64,000 nt of DNA, from NCBI GenBank assembly GCA_964016885.1, contig OZ024742.1, forward strand, positions 190,154,001 through 190,218,000. The letters run 5' to 3'. The translations under genes and the position numbers were made by a program. Shown here piece after piece: positions 24,913 through 40,606 of the stretch. Position 1 is the stretch's first letter. Every line of letters starts with the position of its first letter. A model generated the notes under the pieces. It did not search any database, had not been told where the DNA came from, and saw only the letters and a list, made by a program, of their open reading frames with translations. This DNA is from Eledone cirrhosa (Eukaryota).

Positions 24913-25384
24913 ATGAGAAATTAGAAAGATTGAAGTGACCGGGCGGGGGGGGGGGGGGGTCGGAAAAATAACGTGTTCATTCATGTTGCCATCATTCACC
25001 TATTTAAGATGGGGTAGATAATGCTGATAGGACTCAATGCAGTGTTGTTGTGGTACATTTATCAAGGTAATACTTTCAGTGCTTAAGGGTTTGTGGTACG
25101 ATTGTGAAGCAAATATCCAATCAGCCACGTCTGTCTCCATGAATACACATACACAACGTCACAAAGTAAATCATACTTACAGGCACAAACCTGTAACGTA
25201 CACACACATACCGTATCACAAGCACATATATACACACATACACATACATATACACGCACACACGCGGTATTAAAAGAACACATATACAGACACACAAACA
25301 CATTTTGTATTCGAAGACCTTCTTCGATCACGAATGACCATGTGATTTGCACCTAGAGAGTCCCTCACCCCCACCCCGCAGTCG

Positions 25385-25600
25385 CCTATGCATACTCGCC
25401 CTCCTTCTCCACGCCACCGATGCTGTCCAAGGGAAAGGCAATGGCCGATACAGCTTGGCACCAGTGACGTCACAACTCATTTCTACAGCTGAGTAAACTT
25501 GAGTAATGTGAAATAAAGTTACTTGCTCAAGGTCACAACGCATCACCCGGACATTTCGATTGCAAGCCCAATGCTCTAACAACTATTCCATGCGCCTTCA
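25385..25600 (-). mobile_element. CORE-type tRNA SINE
   Basis: Minus strand has a tRNA-like head followed by TGTGACCTTGAGCAAGTAACTT (MIR/CORE-like) and CAGCTGTAGAAATGAG. Confidence 0.7.
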
Positions 25601-25779
25601 CTCATATTGTGTTACAAGCACACATAAGCAGACACACAAACACGTACACATACCGTATTACAAGCATACACTCTAACAAAAACAAAAATACATACATATA
25701 TAAGTTCACACGCTAACCTACACTTTTATATGCTCAAATACAGGTACATGGTGCAACATTTTGAATGCAAATATATCAA

Positions 25780-26309
25780 CGGATACATACACATACAGAC
25801 AAACACACAAACACACACCAGCAGACATACAAACATACAGGCAGACACACACACTCACACACACGCTCACACAAAGAGACACACAAACACGCAGACAGAC
25901 GCACACACACACATACGGACACACAAATACGCTGACAGACACACATAACTGCACATACACGCACACACAAGCAGACATACATACAGACACACAAACACGC
26001 AGACAGACGCACACACACACATACGGACACAAATACGCTGACAGACACACATAACTGCACATACACGCACACACAAGCAGACATACATACAGACACACAA
26101 ACACGCAGACAGACACACACACACACATACAGACACACACAGACACAAAAACACGCAGATAGACACATACACACGCACATACACACAACCACACAGACAG
26201 ACAAATACATACACACACACACACACATACAGACTCACAAACACGCAGACAGACATACGCAGATATAGACACACGCATACACACACACGCACACACACAC
26301 ACACACACA

Positions 26310-26372
<63 letters not shown>

Positions 26373-26390
26373 GCAAGCAGACATACATAT
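25780..26390. repeat. CA-rich compound microsatellite with a ~106-bp internal tandem duplication
   Basis: CACAAATACGCTGACAGACACACATAACTGC occurs at ~25922 and ~26028. Confidence 0.9.
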
Positions 26391-26515
26391 GCTTGTAGAA
26401 ATTCAAACTCGTACATATTGCTCACATAATATCATACACAAACAGAAAAATATTTAATGATTATACAAATGTAGAATATATAATTTTATTAGTAAAAATA
26501 TATATACATTAGTAG

Positions 26516-28255
26516 ACTGAAACACATAGTCACTTCTAATAGCCACTCACACACATACACATATAACTACACATATGTATACACGTACACTCACACGTAA
26601 ACTGAAACACATAGCCACTTCCAGTAGCCTTCCACACACATATAACTACACATATGTATACACGTACACTCACACGTAAACTGAAACACATAGTCTCTTC
26701 TAATAGCCATCCACACACATACACATATAACTACACATATGTATACACGTACACTCACACGTAAACTGAAACACATAGTCACTTCTAATAGCCACTCACA
26801 CACATACACATATAACTACACATATGTATACACGTACACTCACACGTAAACTGAAACACATAGCCACTTCCAGTAGCCTTCCACACACATATAACTACAC
26901 ATATGTATACACGTACACTCACACGTAAACTGAAACACATAGTCTCTTCTAATAGCCATCCACACACATACACATATAACTACACATATGTATACACGTA
27001 CACTCACACGTAAACTGAAACACATAGTCACTTCTAATAGCCACTCACACACATACACATATAACTACACATATGTATACACGTACACTCACACGTAAAC
27101 TGAAACACATAGTCACTTCCAATATCCATCCACACACATACACATATAACTACACATATGTATACACGTACACTCACACGTAAACTGAAACAGATAGTCT
27201 CTTCTAATAGCCACCCACACACATACACATATAACTACACATATGTATACACGTACACTCACACGTAAACTGAAACACATAGTCTCTTCCAATAACCTTC
27301 CACACACATACACATATAACTACACATATGTATACACGTACACTCACACGTAAACTGAAACACATAGTCACTTCTAATAGCCACCCACACACATACACAT
27401 ATAACTACACATATGTATACACGTACACTCACACGTAAACTGAAACACATAGCCGCTTCCAGTAGCCTTCCACACACATACACATATAACTACACATATG
27501 TATACACGTACACTCACACGTAAACTGAAACACATAGTCACTTCCAATATCCATCCACACACATACACATATAACTACACATATGTATACACGTACACTC
27601 ACACGTAAACTGAAACACATAGTCTCTTCTAATAGCCACCCACACACATACACATATAACTACACATATGTATACACGTACACTCACACGTAAACTGAAA
27701 CACATAGTCTCTTCCAATAACCTTCCACACACATACACATATAACTACACATATGTATACACGTACACTCACACGTAAACTGAAACACATAGTCACTTCT
27801 AATAGCCTTCCACACACATACACATATAACTACACATATGTATACACGTACACTCACACGTAAACTGAAACACATAGTCACTTCTAATAGCCACCCACAC
27901 ACATACACATACAACTACACATATGTATACACGTACACTCACACGTAAACTGAAACACATAGTCACTTCTAATAGCCACCCACACACATACACATATAAC
28001 TACACATATGTATACACGTACACTCACACGTAAACTGAAACACATAGCCGCTTCCAGTAGCCTTCCACACACATACACATATAACTACACATATGTATAC
28101 ACGTACACTCACACGTAAACTGAAACACATAGTCACTTCCAATAGCCATCCACACACATACACATATAACTACACATATGTATACACGCACACTCACACG
28201 CAAACTGAAACACATAGTCTCTTCCAATATCCATCCACACACATACACATATAAG
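26516..28255. repeat. Minisatellite of 21 units, 85 bp each (two units of 79 bp)
   Basis: ACTGAAACA(C/G)ATAG recurs at 26517, 26601, 26680, 26765 ... 28204. Confidence 0.97.
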
Positions 28256-28869
28256 CACATATATCTATACACGCACACTCTCACGCACACTCACACATAT
28301 TCACCCATATTCACACATTCACACATACATTGAATACATTACAAAATCCAAAATCTTTCCATCACTCTTTCTCACAGCCAAATACACATACAAACTCATA
28401 CATACACATACATACACATACATACACATACATACACATACATACACATACATACAGATACATTAAAAAAACATACACTCTCCAGCTTCTCCCTCGCTCT
28501 CTTTATCTCTCACTCTCCTTCTCTTTTTCCCCTCCCTCACACTCATTAATATATGAATACTTTATAAAACTTTATCTTTCTTTGCCCCCTACACATTACA
28601 AAACCTACCATCTCTCCCTCCCCGCGACTCTCATCCACACAAGGACACCCACATAAATCTATTACAAAATCCACAGCCATTCTCTCCCACTCTTTATTTC
28701 CTATCTCCTACTTACACTCACAGACACACACGTACCCACACAGAAGCTAAAAACACACAAACACACAGACGCACCAAGTACACAACACGCAAACACACAT
28801 TACATCTTCTCGCACCAGTCAACTCCCTCTCCTCTAAACCAGATACAAAATGACAAAAACAAACAAACC

Positions 28870-29075
28870 AATAATTAAATGTAAAATATAAAATATAAAA
28901 TTAAAATATAAAATACAAAATATAAAATATAAAAAATAAAATTGATATTATAAAATGTAAAAAATAAAATAAAAATATATGACATAAAATATAAAATGTA
29001 AAATACAAAATATCAAATATCAAATAAAATATAAAATGTAAAATATAAAATGTAAAATGTAAAATGCAAAAATGT
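28870..29075. repeat. (AAAATAT/AAAATGT)n low-complexity tract
   Basis: Read directly. Confidence 0.85.
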
Positions 29076-29164
29076 TTCAAATTCATGTTATATTAGTGTC
29101 AACATTTGAATTGAAGTGACATTAAAACAAATCTGTGAAGAAAGATAAAGTGAAATATGCCATG

Positions 29165-29399
29165 GTCAAATACACACATACATACATATATATATATATA
29201 TATTTATATACATATATATATAAATATACATATATACATACATATACATATACATACATGCATACATACATATATATACATATATACATATACATATATA
29301 CATACATATATCTACATTATCTACATACATATACATATATACATGCATACATATATCTACATTATCTACATACATATACATATATACGTACATGCATAC

Positions 29400-29430
<31 letters not shown>

Positions 29431-30122
29431 TACATACATACACATACATATATACATACATATATATATATATACATACATACATACACACACATATACA
29501 CACACATACACAGATATACACACACACACATACACACATACACACATAAATACACATACATAGATACACACACACATATACACACATACACACATAAATA
29601 CACATAAACACACATATACCCACATACAGATACACACATACACACACAAACACACACACACACACACACACATTCATACATGCAGACATACACACGCATA
29701 AATACACACATACACACACATACATATACACACATACACACACATACAGATACACACATATCCATACACATACACACACATACAGATACACATACATACA
29801 CACATATATACATACATACATCCAGACAAACACACACATACACATACAATAATATATATACAATAAATAAAGAGATAAGAAAAAAAACGCCATCTTGATT
29901 TGCTTAAATAACATTGATAACAACAATAATTTGACAAAAACACACAAAGAAGCCCCACAAAAATTATACGTACGTTTATATATAGGTACACAATCTGGTG
30001 TATGTATATATATATATGTATATAAATGTGTGCCTGTGTGTGTGTGTGTAAGTCAATATATATATATATATATACGTATGTATATATTATCTATGTATGT
30101 ATGTTTGTTTTGGGGTATGCCC

Positions 30123-30163
<41 letters not shown>

Positions 30164-30455
30164 TATATTTATATCTACTTACACACACATACACACACAC
30201 ATATTTATCAACATTTGATTGTGACATTATCCCTTTTCTCATTATTTATGACCTGTCAAACAGATTTGCAATCACAAACGCACATGTTAACACATACACA
30301 CATACACACACAATGGAATATATATTGTTTCATACATATATATATATACATACATACATACAAACATGTATGTATGTATGTATGTATGTATGTATGTATG
30401 TATGTATGTATGTATGTATGTATGTATGTATGTATGTATGTTTATATGTATGTAT
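29165..30455. repeat. Compound (TA)/(CA)/(TACA)n microsatellite field
   Basis: Read directly; it accounts for the Y/I/H/T/V/C ORFs in the track. Confidence 0.95.
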
Positions 30456-30689
30456 AAAAGCTTCACGGCACAGGCATTGCCTTATATCTGGAGATCTCTC
30501 TGCACTTGTCGTCACATGGTACCATGGGCCCAGCATTATGTGTCAATAATTGTCACAAGTGCAGTGTTTGTACCAGAGTTTTCAAGTCGCTGGCTGGACT
30601 AAAAAGTCACACTCGTTCAGCGCATCGGTAGGGGTTCTCCTACATGGATATAAAGTAGTGGCCGTACTCGAAAACGAGTTGGCAGCCAC

Positions 30690-30781
<92 letters not shown>

Positions 30782-31188
30782 AGAGATGACCCCTTAGCCT
30801 TTGTCAAGGCAGAATTCTAGGAGAAGGAAAACTCTGATATAACACCTGCAACTCTGATGGTATCCAATGATGTTGACTTGTTCTTCTTTTTGGTAAATAT
30901 CATCTTGGGTAAGAGAGTGGGACTGGCTTTGTGCAGTGCCTTTGCTCAATATAAAAGCTTCACGGCACAGGCATTGCCTTATATCTGGAGATCTCTCTGC
31001 ATTTGTCGTCACATGGTACCATGGGCCCAGCACTATGTGTCAATAATTGTCACAGGTGTAGTGTTTGTACCAGAGTTTTCAAGTCGCTGGCTGGACTGAA
31101 AAGTCACACTCGTTCAACGCATCGGTAGGGGTTCTCCTACATGGATATAAAGTAGTGGCCGTACTCGAAAACGAGTTGGCAGCGACCA
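30453..31188 (+). mobile_element. Two tandem copies (~30453-30690 and ~30787-31188) of an unclassified, probably non-autonomous retroelement ending in ATGT/(TG)n
   Basis: ~235 bp near-identical, TATAAAAGCTTCACGG...GTTGGCAGC(C/G)ACC. The longer copy has CTAGGAGAAGGAAAACTCTGA near its 5' end, which I recall from RTE-type 5' UTRs. Confidence 0.6.
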
Positions 31189-31212
31189 TGTATGTATGTA
31201 TGTATGTATGTA

Positions 31213-31735
31213 TCTTTCGATTATGTTGAACATAATTTTGACCGGCCATCTTCCCGGTGGTAAGGTTCTAAAGAAAAGGAAATTGTCGTCGCCTTTTGTT
31301 TAAGCATTAGTCCTTTGAAACTTAAGAATGTTTTACAGATTGTAAGGTCCCAGATTTTGTGGCTATTTGCAGCTTATGAAGTTATACTTAGGTCCAGGTA
31401 GGTTGTTATATAACCTATAGCTCCAATAATAAGCTGAACGTATATCTTGGATACTGGATCTGCAAAGTCATCAATGGTCCGTAGATATCCTACTTCTGTT
31501 GCGTATCTTCATCACATTGACATTAAGTGGACAGCTGACTTCTACAAAAGAGCATGTTTTTAATGTGTGGTCCCAGGCAATACTATTAAGCAGGTTGTGC
31601 TTTAATTTGGTAGGGGTCGTTATTTATTTGTTCCTTTGAATCATCAGGCTCAACATATTCCTCCCTAGTTGATTTTATTTTTTTCTTCCGTAATGCATTC
31701 CAGAAAGGTCTAGCCATCCCATTATGCCTCTTCTC
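31213..31735 (-). mobile_element. Decayed 3' fragment of an RLE-type (R4/Dong-like) non-LTR retrotransposon, third family
   Basis: Minus-strand remnants RHNGMAR, TPTKLKHN, IAWDHTLKTCSFVEVSCP, IIGAIGY and GTLTICKTFLSFKG*; followed by (CATA)n. Confidence 0.7.
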
Positions 31736-32224
31736 AGAATAATAATAAAGTATATATCCCTACACGCAAAAAGCGTTTAGGGACACATGTATTGTCCAAC
31801 CATATGCCAATGTGGTTCAATGGCAGGTTTTTGCGTGTAGAGATATATACTTTATTATTATTCTCCTCTTGGTCGAGAAAAAAATTTGGTCGTTCTGACT
31901 GCTGCTAGTTATAGTGGTAGTAGACTGACCTCCCTGCCTTTGCTTCTATCTTTACACACGGTACTGGACGGAATTGCTTCCATATCATTTATTCTCATCT
32001 CGGGAACAATTTTGAATAGCGCCAGTTCGTAATTTGAACTCGGGAATTTTATATTCTCCGAGTGAAAAGATCCTTCTGACGAGAGTTTATCTTTGCAATG
32101 GATGGCCGCAAGGACTGTCCATTTATTTTTGAGACTCGAAACCGATTCGGTAAAGGTAACCATAGTGAGTACAGTTAATTTTTTAAAATTTATTTTGAAA
32201 CTTTTTCTTATTTGCTAAACCTTG

Positions 32225-32261
32225 ATATATATATATATACAGATAAACACTCACACACACG

Positions 32262-32340
<79 letters not shown>

Positions 32341-32469
32341 GTACATACACATATATATGGTGCAGAGATTTTTGTTCCTATATACATGTAATATAAGTAT
32401 GTATATTTTGTATGTATACGTGTGTCTCTGACTGCATGCATGTCTGTCTGTATATATGTATATACTTGA

Positions 32470-32500
<31 letters not shown>

Positions 32501-32575
32501 TGTATGTATGTATGTATGTATGTGTGTATGAAAGTATGTATATATGCATGTGTCTGTATATATGTATATACTTGA

Positions 32576-32606
<31 letters not shown>

Positions 32607-33420
32607 TGTATGTATGTATGTATGTGTGTATGAAAGTATGTATATATGCATGTATGTTTGCGCATGTATGTATGAATCTCATTTCTCACATATATACATA
32701 TACACATATGTACATACAGATATATATGATGTGGGGATTGTTGTCCTATATGTATGGTTGTGCGAATGAAAGTGATGGCATGCAGGTTTGTTGGTATGTA
32801 TCCATCTATACATCGTTATATGTATATATGCATGCATATATGTATGTAATGTATGTATACATGTATGTATACTTGTATGTACATTTTGTATGTGTACATG
32901 TATCTGTGTGTGCATGTTTATTTGTATGTATGTATGTATGTATGTATGTATGTATGTATGTATGTATATTTGTATATTCATACAAACAAGCTTACATGCA
33001 TACATGTGTATATTTTGTATGTATACTTGTGTCTATGTTTGCATGTATGTATGTATGTTTGTATGTATGTATGTATATTCATACAAACAAGCTTACATGC
33101 ATACATGTGTATATTTTGTATGTATACTTGTGTCTATGTTTGCATGTTTGTATGTATGTATGTTTGTATGTATCTATGCATGTATGTCTGTGTGTGTATG
33201 TATGTGTATATATATGCATATATGTGTGTCTATGCATGTACCTGTGTGCGTATGAATATATGTATATGCGTCTGTGTATGTATGTACATATGTATGTATA
33301 TATATATGTATGTATGTATAAATATGTATGCATGTATGTATGTGTGTATGTATGTGTGCGCATGTATGTATATATGTATGTATATACATATATAATATAT
33401 ATGTGTATATGTATGCAGTC
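32225..33420. repeat. Compound (TATG)/(TA)/(CA)n field with local duplications
   Basis: Read directly. Confidence 0.95.
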
Positions 33421-33957
33421 AATATTTAACCTTACAAATTAGCCAGACCATGTCATACCACAAGCATGATCATGAAATACGCCATAAAAAGGTCAGATTC
33501 GTTAGTGAGATACACTTGTTGTGTTAATTATGAAATCAATGTTACCTGACATAATTTCGTTAATAACACCCAGTGACAGTCATTAAACCAATTAGTAAAC
33601 AGCACGCCCCCATCACATTATTGGAGTTGAAACCATTGTTGAGGCTTGTTAGATTGGGAGACATGCTGTAGTTTATATAAAGACAGCATGCTTGTAGTAT
33701 ATTCTTTCACCGCTTTCAGTCATTCGGCTATACTGGGTCACCGCATTAATTTAGTAGACTGCATCAACGACTGAATTTATTTTGCAAGTCAGGTACTTAT
33801 TTTAACACTCTCTCTTTTGTCGATCAGCTAAGTATCGGGACATAAATACTAGACACTTACACAAACATAGAGATGGACACAAGCATACACAGAGAGAGAG
33901 AGAGAGAGAGACTCACACACATACACACACACACTCACACTCACACACACACTCACT

Positions 33958-34018
<61 letters not shown>

Positions 34019-34686
34019 GTTGCGCTACTGCAGTTTAAAACTACCCGCCCTCACAATGTTTTAGCTAGATGCTATCGTAGAAGACACTAGCAAAACATTC
34101 CACGCAGTTGTACAGAATACAACACACAACCACATGGTTGTGAAGCGAACTCTTTAACCACACAGCCTTCCTTTAATTGAAATTCGTTTGGAAATAATTG
34201 AGAGACAATGATAATTAATAATAGTTTTTTAAAATATGAACTGACTTGAAAGCCCCAAAATACCTGAATAGAAACATGGTTTTTATTTCAAAGATTAGAA
34301 GTGAAGAAATTGCCATATATGTGAATTGATATGAATCTGTCTGATAACGGAACATATCCCTCTGATTTTAGCTATAATTAATTTTGCAAATCCCCGTATA
34401 TAAGCATTTGCATAATATGACAGCTGCGAGCAGTATTGTTACAGAAACGGTTATTTGTCAATAAACAGGTGTTACACTGAAATATTCAGTAATTACTTTT
34501 ATTGTACTCTGCGGCTGCATATTGCAATCAACCGCATTAAATTGTATTTTTAGGTTTATAGTGTTAATGGAACGTATGAGAATAATCCGTTTTACGCAGC
34601 ATTTTAATTTCCTCTTGTAAATCAATATATGGCATCGAATGGTGCATGGTTGCATGTGGTTTGTGCGACGATTATTTATACTCTTT

Positions 34687-34724
<38 letters not shown>

Positions 34725-35029
34725 CATATATGCGTGCGCGCGTGTGTGTCATTTCGCTGATTCTGAAACATACACTAATTTTGAAAACTTTGCACTACTT
34801 TTATGAGGTTCTTCTGACAACCCAACATACGAGGAAGCCCTGCCTGCTATAAATAATAGCCAAATCTTCTGGTCTCAGAGTATAATTCATAAACGTATCA
34901 ATGTATAAATATATTATAAGTCTAGTTATATTAGTGTTATATACATATTTAAAGCAATGTATATTAAAAAGTAAAATAGGAGAAATTATAGAATAAAGAA
35001 ACGGCAATATTATTCGTTGACTAATATTT

Positions 35030-35120
35030 TGCCTTTCATCCTTACGGGGTCGATAAAATAAAGTACCAGTAACGTATTGGGTATTTGCTGGCCTTGTGCC
35101 TAAAGTAGAAACAATTATTT
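35030..35120 (+). mobile_element. 5'-truncated S1 SINE
   Basis: GCCTTTCATCCTTACGGGGTCGATAAAATAAAGTACCAG...GTAGAAACAATTATT. Confidence 0.88.
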
Positions 35121-37180
35121 TGATACTTTCGGCAACTAATGGAAACAACTCCGGGTATGTTCAGTGTTTTTCTTAATCTTTTCAGTGAAGTATAGATATC
35201 ACCTTAATTATCGAAGTGATTAATCACTAAGTAATTGTACACGAACATACAATGTTTGGCGTACAAAAGTTAAAATGTTGAGAAAATTTATTAAAATTAG
35301 ACGACAATTATACGAAAAGTAAAAAGAAAAGCGGAAATTAAGAGAGTGGTCCTGCTAACTCACAAAACACTGGTCCATCGTAAGTACCCATTGCTAAACC
35401 GAAAAATATTAACCTCGTTGATTAGAATGTCGTTAGACTTTCGAGCATACGTTATAAATTTAATGCCGCCATCATTAATGTCGGCGAATGAATTACCAAA
35501 CGCTAAAGTTTTTAGAAACATAATGGAAAGATAAAACTTTATTATAATCACTCAGATTGAGCTATTAAACTACTTGATTATCGGGATGATGTTATTATTC
35601 CATAATATATAATCTTCATTGAACGGAATCTAAAATAAATGCATTAATGGTATCTAATTCACTGTTTCCAGGATTAATGAGTCTACACACACGAGATTAC
35701 TCAAACAATTATCCTTGTGTGTACATATAGTCCCCAAGGCTGATAAGGATACATTAGGTTCACGTTTTAAGAGGCTCACACATAACCTACAATTAGCATT
35801 GCTTCGTCATTACAGTTAGGCATCGGAGAGACATGTAAGTGTGAATACGTCAGGCATACAACTGACATCTTTATAAACACATACGTGACAAAATAAACAA
35901 TTCCAAATAGACTCCAGTTTTCTTATACGCCTCATACACCCTCCTTATGCCTAGTTTCACTCTATCTACTCCTAAAACCGTTACCTTCTTAATCTTCCTC
36001 GTTTTCCCTTTGCTTTCATTTGTCCATTATTTTCAATTATTTTCTAATCTGTGCAGGTTATTGTATTTCATTAATTAATAACTCACAAACTATGAATATT
36101 TTATTTGATAAAACTAGAAACACTGCAATTGTTCTGTTATTCTAACTCTTACCTTATTTATCATTCTGTTTCCCTCTTCTCTCTTTATTCTAATACAATT
36201 TGCAACAAATATGTATTTTCTTCAACACAGATAAATATATTTTCTAAATATGATTATTTAAATAAATAAATAACTAGGCAATTTATTTAACGAAATAAGC
36301 GAATTCATCTTTCAATTACTCTTTCTTAGTATTTTTCTTTACTTTTCTCAACATTCTGAGGTAACTAAATAGTATAAATGTATTCTCCTACAAAATAAAT
36401 AAGATAAGATAAACGGATAGTTAAATTTATTATCCATTGAAATCAGTGAATTTATTCTCAGATGGAATAAATATCTAATGTTTCTTATCGAAATATCCTA
36501 TTCTTAAAACTATATAGCTCTCTTGCTTACGAAGTAAAAAAACAAATCAACCGAGAGTTTACGAACAAATGCTAACTAACAATATAAATAAAATGAGACG
36601 AAACTACCTGGCAGGGGGAAGAAATCAATCGGTTTTTTTACTTGCACGGTTTATGTTATAATGGTGTGACACACCTGTTTTGTATATCTGTACGAAATGA
36701 GGGTAAAACCAAAGGTATTCACCAGACGTAATTCCGAACTACCAACGAGAGACTCCGTACACACAGTCAACCTGACAGTTCACTTCAATTATCATTTATA
36801 TACTTTTCGCCTAGTTCACTTTTAATTACGCAGGTGTGTTCAGGTTTTTTTCCCCCACAACAGTTTAACGACAAATAATATCTGCCCAGCAATTTTTTTG
36901 AAAAGCCTATAAAGAGCTTTGGTTTCCATAGATTGGCAGCTCAAATAGCATGAAAGGCAACCGTTTATACGTTGTTATTCTATTGGTAAGCTTATCTAAA
37001 TTTACTTGAAAAAGCTTCATTAAACCAGTCGTAGGTGCCATAGAGGCATGGAAGAGCAGCGAAATTAATGCCGTTAGTAAGGTAGATGACAGGAAAGTGA
37101 ATATGAACACAACTGCCCTAAGAAACAAGATAGTGAAGTGGAAGGAACCTCTCTCTCTCTCTCTCTCTCTCTTTCTTTCT

Positions 37181-37239
<59 letters not shown>

Positions 37240-37326
37240 ATACACGCACACACATATATATATATATAAGTATATCGAAGTTTGTGCTAGAAATTTCCCA
37301 CTCGCTCAATGATTTCACGTGTTCTG

Positions 37327-37407
<81 letters not shown>

Positions 37408-37411
37408 ATAG

Positions 37412-37444
<33 letters not shown>

Positions 37445-37523
37445 TTATCGCGGGTTCAATAGGGGGTAAACACAGTAAGTAAGGTACTCAATACATGGCA
37501 GAGTATAAATATTTCTCCCGAAT

Positions 37524-37758
<235 letters not shown>

Positions 37759-37796
37759 AAGGGAGAGAGTGAGAGAGAGAGAGGAGAGAAAAGGGA

Positions 37797-37848
<52 letters not shown>

Positions 37849-38223
37849 AAAATGTGTGTATAGGGGAAAAAATCAACTCGAGAATTCAACTGCGATTTTA
37901 TTTATCGACTTCAAAATGATGTCAAACGCAATGCTGACCTCCACAGGAATTGAACTCAGGGTTCTGAGAACCGGAACGAATCACGCTAAGTATTCTACCA
38001 GATGCTATAACGATTCTTCTTATTCATCTGCACACAAACAGAGTTGTTAACAAAATATTAGCCATTGATGTTTTACAGATTTACACATCTGTTTATGCTT
38101 TTTATTATTCACACGTCTGCAACTAGCAGACTTAGTTGATTTCGATATATGATGAAAACAAAAAAGACAATAGCACCACCAACAACAACAACAACAACAA
38201 CGGCAACAAATACAAAAACAACA

Positions 38224-38506
<283 letters not shown>

Positions 38507-38532
38507 GTGCTGTTTTCGTTTATATATATATA

Positions 38533-38574
<42 letters not shown>

Positions 38575-38719
38575 CACACACATATATATACATATGTATA
38601 TATATATATCATATATATATATACAGATGTATATATAAACATGTTTATACATATATATATATATATGTTTATACCTATTTACATACATACATATATATAC
38701 ATACATTTATATATACATA

Positions 38720-38801
<82 letters not shown>

Positions 38802-38802
38802 C

Positions 38803-38858
<56 letters not shown>

Positions 38859-39047
38859 ATATATATAAATGTTTATACCTACATATATATATAAATATAT
38901 ATATGAATACATATCTACATACACACACTCACACTCATGCATCTTCTTATCTTGCTCTTGCTATCTCTATATATGTGTATGTGTATAAACATGTTTATAT
39001 ATACATATGTATATATAAACATGTTTATACACATACACCTCTCTCAC

Positions 39048-39165
<118 letters not shown>

Positions 39166-39354
39166 CATATATATATATATACATATATATATATACACAT
39201 ATATTCATACATATGTACAACAACAATAAAATACACAAATGCTAACACACAAAAAAAAAAGAGCAGAAAACGTGAAACAGAACAACCACAACAAAACGAA
39301 TTTGATGAGACTGAAATACTAGAGAAATAGAGGAGTACAAGCAAGCGAAGAGAT

Positions 39355-39490
39355 AAATCGCTGGCGATAAGTGCTGACGTCATCTCATTTTGCCAATCGT
39401 AAGACAGTATGTGGCACGGCTTATCGTTTGAAATTCGCCAGCATTTCTCAAAGAAACCGTTTCCTATTCAGGAAATAGACCAATTGCGAT
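39355..39490. promoter_or_regulatory. Promoter-like motif cluster (CRE, two CCAAT, TTTGAAA, E2F-like)
   Basis: TGACGTCA 39375-39382, CCAAT at 39393 and 39480, TTTGAAA at 39427, TGGCGA/TTCGCCA; unique CpG-containing sequence between microsatellites. Confidence 0.3.
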
Positions 39491-39591
39491 TTCTCCAAGG
39501 CAGAAGTACATAATCAAACGAAATAGGAAAATGAAAGTTCTTTTGCATTCTTTATTCTCTCACTCTCTCTCTATCTCACTCAAACGCTGTC

Positions 39592-39703
<112 letters not shown>

Positions 39704-39755
39704 TGTGTGTGTGTGGTTGTGTATGTGTATATGTACACAGACACATATATATGTA

Positions 39756-39796
<41 letters not shown>

Positions 39797-40217
39797 TGCT
39801 TTTTTCCATTTTTATTTGGCTTTTCTATTTATTTATTTAATAATTATTAATCATTATTATTATTATTATTATCATTATTATTATTTTAATTTTTTATTCT
39901 TACCAAAAAAATATATACGGGAGATTGGTTGTTTTATGCTTAATTTAAGGTTAAAAACAGTAAAATAGAGGCGACTGGAAAAAATAAAAGCAAAAAAAAA
40001 AAAAAAAATAACAAAGGACTTAGAAAATAGAAATTTAAAAACATAAAATAAAACAATTTAAAAGATATGGCGAAAGAATTTCTCCGAAAATACCAGCAAA
40101 AATGAAAGAAACAATAGAAAGGGAAAAACAAAATAAAATAAGAAAAAGTATGTCAAAAATAAAAGAAATATCCGCCATTTTTTGTTTCTGGATAAAATCG
40201 AGAACAAAGAAATAATA

Positions 40218-40289
<72 letters not shown>

Positions 40290-40341
40290 TATATATATAT
40301 AATATATATCTATATATATGTATATATATATATATTTTATA

Positions 40342-40373
<32 letters not shown>

Positions 40374-40434
40374 GATAGATATATATAGATATACATTTTA
40401 TATATATGCGTTATATATACAATTTATATATATA

Positions 40435-40606
<172 letters not shown>

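Noticed and set aside
26516-28255. CRISPR array
   Set aside because: The 'spacers' are variants of one sequence and recur, the constant part is ~65 nt, there are no cas genes, and the context is eukaryotic.
36601-36620. U1 snRNA-like ACTACCTGGCAGGGG
   Set aside because: Only ~15 nt of similarity with a gap; no downstream U1 stem-loops or Sm site.
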